Below are positions 60,780 to 64,000 of a DNA stretch of 64,000 nt, one piece after another; positions within the stretch are counted from its first letter, which is position 1; each line of letters begins with the position of its first letter. Under the pieces are notes generated by a model. The model saw only the letters and a program-made list of their open reading frames with translations. It did not search any database and was not told the origin of the DNA. The position numbers and the translations under genes were made by a program. The stretch covers positions 1,024,001 through 1,088,000 of the forward strand of contig CAVZZO010000001.1 of the NCBI GenBank assembly GCA_963779755.1, given 5' to 3'. Source of the DNA: an uncultured Gemmatimonadales bacterium (GTDB lineage Bacteria > Gemmatimonadota > Gemmatimonadetes > Gemmatimonadales > GWC2-71-9).

Positions 60780-62725
60780 CCGAAGCCTCGGGCGCCCGGG
60801 AGCCCCGGGTTTCCACCCCGCATGCTGCCCCCGTCCCGGAAGGCCGGGCCCTGATCGGGCTGTCGTTCGCGGCCCTGGGTGTGGTGTACGGCGATATCGG
60901 CACCAGCCCCCTGTACGCCATCAAGGAGTGTTTCTCCGGCGTGCACGGCCTGCCGCCGACCGAAGAGAACGTCCTGGGCGTGCTCTCGCTCATCTTCTGG
61001 TCGCTCAATTTCGTCATTTCGTTCAAGTATCTCGGCCTCATGATGATGGCCGACAACCGGGGCGAGGGCGGCATTCTCGCCCTGCTCGCCCTGATGCGCC
61101 CCCGCAGCGCGGCCCGGGCGGGGCGCTGGGTGCTGATCGCGGCGGGGCTGTTCGGTACGGCGCTGCTCTACGGCGACGGCGTGATCACGCCCGCGATCTC
61201 GGTGCTGGGCGCCATGGAAGGCCTGGCCGTGGCGGCGCCAGCCTTCAGCCACTGGGTCGTGTGGATCACCGTGATCATCCTGGTGGTGCTGTTTCTGCTG
61301 CAGAAGCGCGGCACCGCGGGCGTGGGGAATCTGTTCGGCCCCATCACCATGCTCTGGTTCTTCTGCATCGCCACGCTGGGGCTGGCCGGCATCCTGCGCG
61401 AGCCCGGCGTGCTGCGGGCCATCCTGCCCTGGTACGCCATCAAGTTCTTCATCGATGACGGCCTGCGCGGCTTTCTCATTCTGGGTGCGGTCGTGCTGGT
61501 GGTGACGGGCGGCGAAGCCCTCTACGCCGACATGGGGCATTTCGGCAAGAAGCCGATCCGGCTGGCCTGGTTCGTCCTGGTGCTGCCGGCGCTGCTGCTC
61601 AACTACTTCGGCCAGGGCGCCCTGCTGCTGGACAACCCCGAGGCGGCGTACAACCCGTTCTATTCCCTGGTGCCCTCCTGGGCGCTGTACCCCATGATCG
61701 TGGTGTCCACCATGGCGGCGGTGGTCGCCTCGCAGGCGCTCATCTCCGGCGCCTTCTCGCTGACCCGCCAGGCCATGCAGCTGGGGTATTCCCCCCGGAT
61801 GACCATCATCCATACCTCGCATACCAAGGAAGGGCAGATCTACATCCCGGAGGTGAACTGGGGGCTGATGGCGGCCTGCGTGGGCCTGGTGCTCGGGTTC
61901 CGCTCGTCCACCAACCTGGCGGCGAGCTACGGCGTGGCCGTAACCGGCACCATGACGATCACCACCATTCTCTTTGCCTTCGTGGCGCGGGCCCGCTGGC
62001 ACTGGTCGCGCGGCCGGGTGGCGGCCATTACCGGGCTGCTGCTGGTCGTGGATCTCGCCTTCTTCAGCGCCAACCTGGTAAAGATCCCCGACGGCGGCTG
62101 GTTCCCCCTCGCCGTGGCCGCCCTGGTGTACACCCTCATGACCACCTGGAAGCGGGGCCGGTATTTCCTCTCCCGCATCATGCGCGACAACAGCCTGCCG
62201 CTGGACCTGTTCATTCCCGATATCGCCCGGCGCCAGCCGCCGCGGGTGCCCGGGGTGGCCGTCTTCATGACCTCCGATGCCAGCGGTGCCCCGCCGGTGC
62301 TGCTGCATCACCTCAAGCACAACAAGGTGCTGCACGAGAAGGTGGTGCTGATGTCGCTGGTGAGCGAGGAGATCCCGCAGGTGGACGAGGCCGACCGGGT
62401 GGAGTTCAACCCGCTGGGCGAGGGGTTCTACCAGGTGGTGGCGCGCTACGGCTTCATGGAGACGCCCGACGTGCCCTCGGTGCTGCTCTCACTCCGGCGC
62501 CCCAAGCCCGAGGCGCCGGAGGAGACCGAGCCGGTGGTGGCCCGGCTCATGGATACCACGTTCTATCTGGGGCGGGAAACGCTGCTGCCGACCGGGACGT
62601 CGCGCATGGCGCGCTGGCGCAAGCGCCTGTTCATCGTGATGCAGCGGAACGCCCAGAGCGCCACCGCCTTCTTCGGCCTGCCGCCCAACCGGGTGGTCGA
62701 GATGGGGGCGCAGATCCAGTTGTAG
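60776..62725 (+). CDS. kup: potassium transporter Kup
   Basis: GVVYGDIGTSPLY, DNRGEGG, GDGVITPAISV, EALYADMGHFG, GQIYIP; GTG start overlapping VKOR stop. Confidence 0.97.
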   Translation: MTEASGAREPRVSTPHAAPVPEGRALIGLSFAALGVVYGDIGTSPLYAIKECFSGVHGLPPTEENVLGVLSLIFWSLNFVISFKYLGLMMMADNRGEGGILALLALMRPRSAARAGRWVLIAAGLFGTALLYGDGVITPAISVLGAMEGLAVAAPAFSHWVVWITVIILVVLFLLQKRGTAGVGNLFGPITMLWFFCIATLGLAGILREPGVLRAILPWYAIKFFIDDGLRGFLILGAVVLVVTGGEALYADMGHFGKKPIRLAWFVLVLPALLLNYFGQGALLLDNPEAAYNPFYSLVPSWALYPMIVVSTMAAVVASQALISGAFSLTRQAMQLGYSPRMTIIHTSHTKEGQIYIPEVNWGLMAACVGLVLGFRSSTNLAASYGVAVTGTMTITTILFAFVARARWHWSRGRVAAITGLLLVVDLAFFSANLVKIPDGGWFPLAVAALVYTLMTTWKRGRYFLSRIMRDNSLPLDLFIPDIARRQPPRVPGVAVFMTSDASGAPPVLLHHLKHNKVLHEKVVLMSLVSEEIPQVDEADRVEFNPLGEGFYQVVARYGFMETPDVPSVLLSLRRPKPEAPEETEPVVARLMDTTFYLGRETLLPTGTSRMARWRKRLFIVMQRNAQSATAFFGLPPNRVVEMGAQIQL

Positions 62726-62729
62726 GGAC

Positions 62730-62767
62730 GCGGCGCAGGGGCGAGGCATGCCTCGCTCCTGCGCCGC
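62730..62767. repeat. 18-bp-arm palindrome (REP-like / bidirectional terminator) between convergent kup and acs
   Basis: GCGGCGCAGGGGCGAGGC-AT-GCCTCGCTCCTGCGCCGC, one G-T wobble. Confidence 0.8.
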
Positions 62768-62777
62768 CCCGCCCGTC

Positions 62778-64000
<1,223 letters not shown>

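Overview
High-GC (roughly 70% by eye), gene-dense bacterial chromosome segment; gene content and style suggest Gemmatimonadota (inference only). About 65 CDS, mostly housekeeping: partial PolX, HDAC, M28/M42/M16 peptidases, an ECF sigma/anti-sigma pair, a GGDEF protein, DacB, a ~10 kb Wzm/Wzt surface-polysaccharide glycosyltransferase cluster, a methionine locus (metH, YitJ-like, divergent MetF-like), TrxC, orphan WtpA, PruA, a TetR-TolC-EmrAB efflux operon, DsbA-VKOR-Kup and partial acs. I found no rRNA, tRNA, CRISPR array, transposase or integrase. Most notable: (1) a SAM-II-type riboswitch upstream of metH apparently coupled to a terminator/antiterminator platform; (2) an operon of a stand-alone cNMP-binding protein, a GalU-like protein missing sugar-binding motifs and an AdoMet-decarboxylase homolog lacking its self-cleavage serine and catalytic cysteine; (3) many intergenic short tandem repeats (7-, 8-, 9-, 11-mers), some with inverted partners; (4) two genes broken by one-base-short homopolymers (possibly assembly errors) and a remnant glycosyltransferase tail with a 14-bp duplication. 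All calls come from reading motifs by eye; no database search was run.
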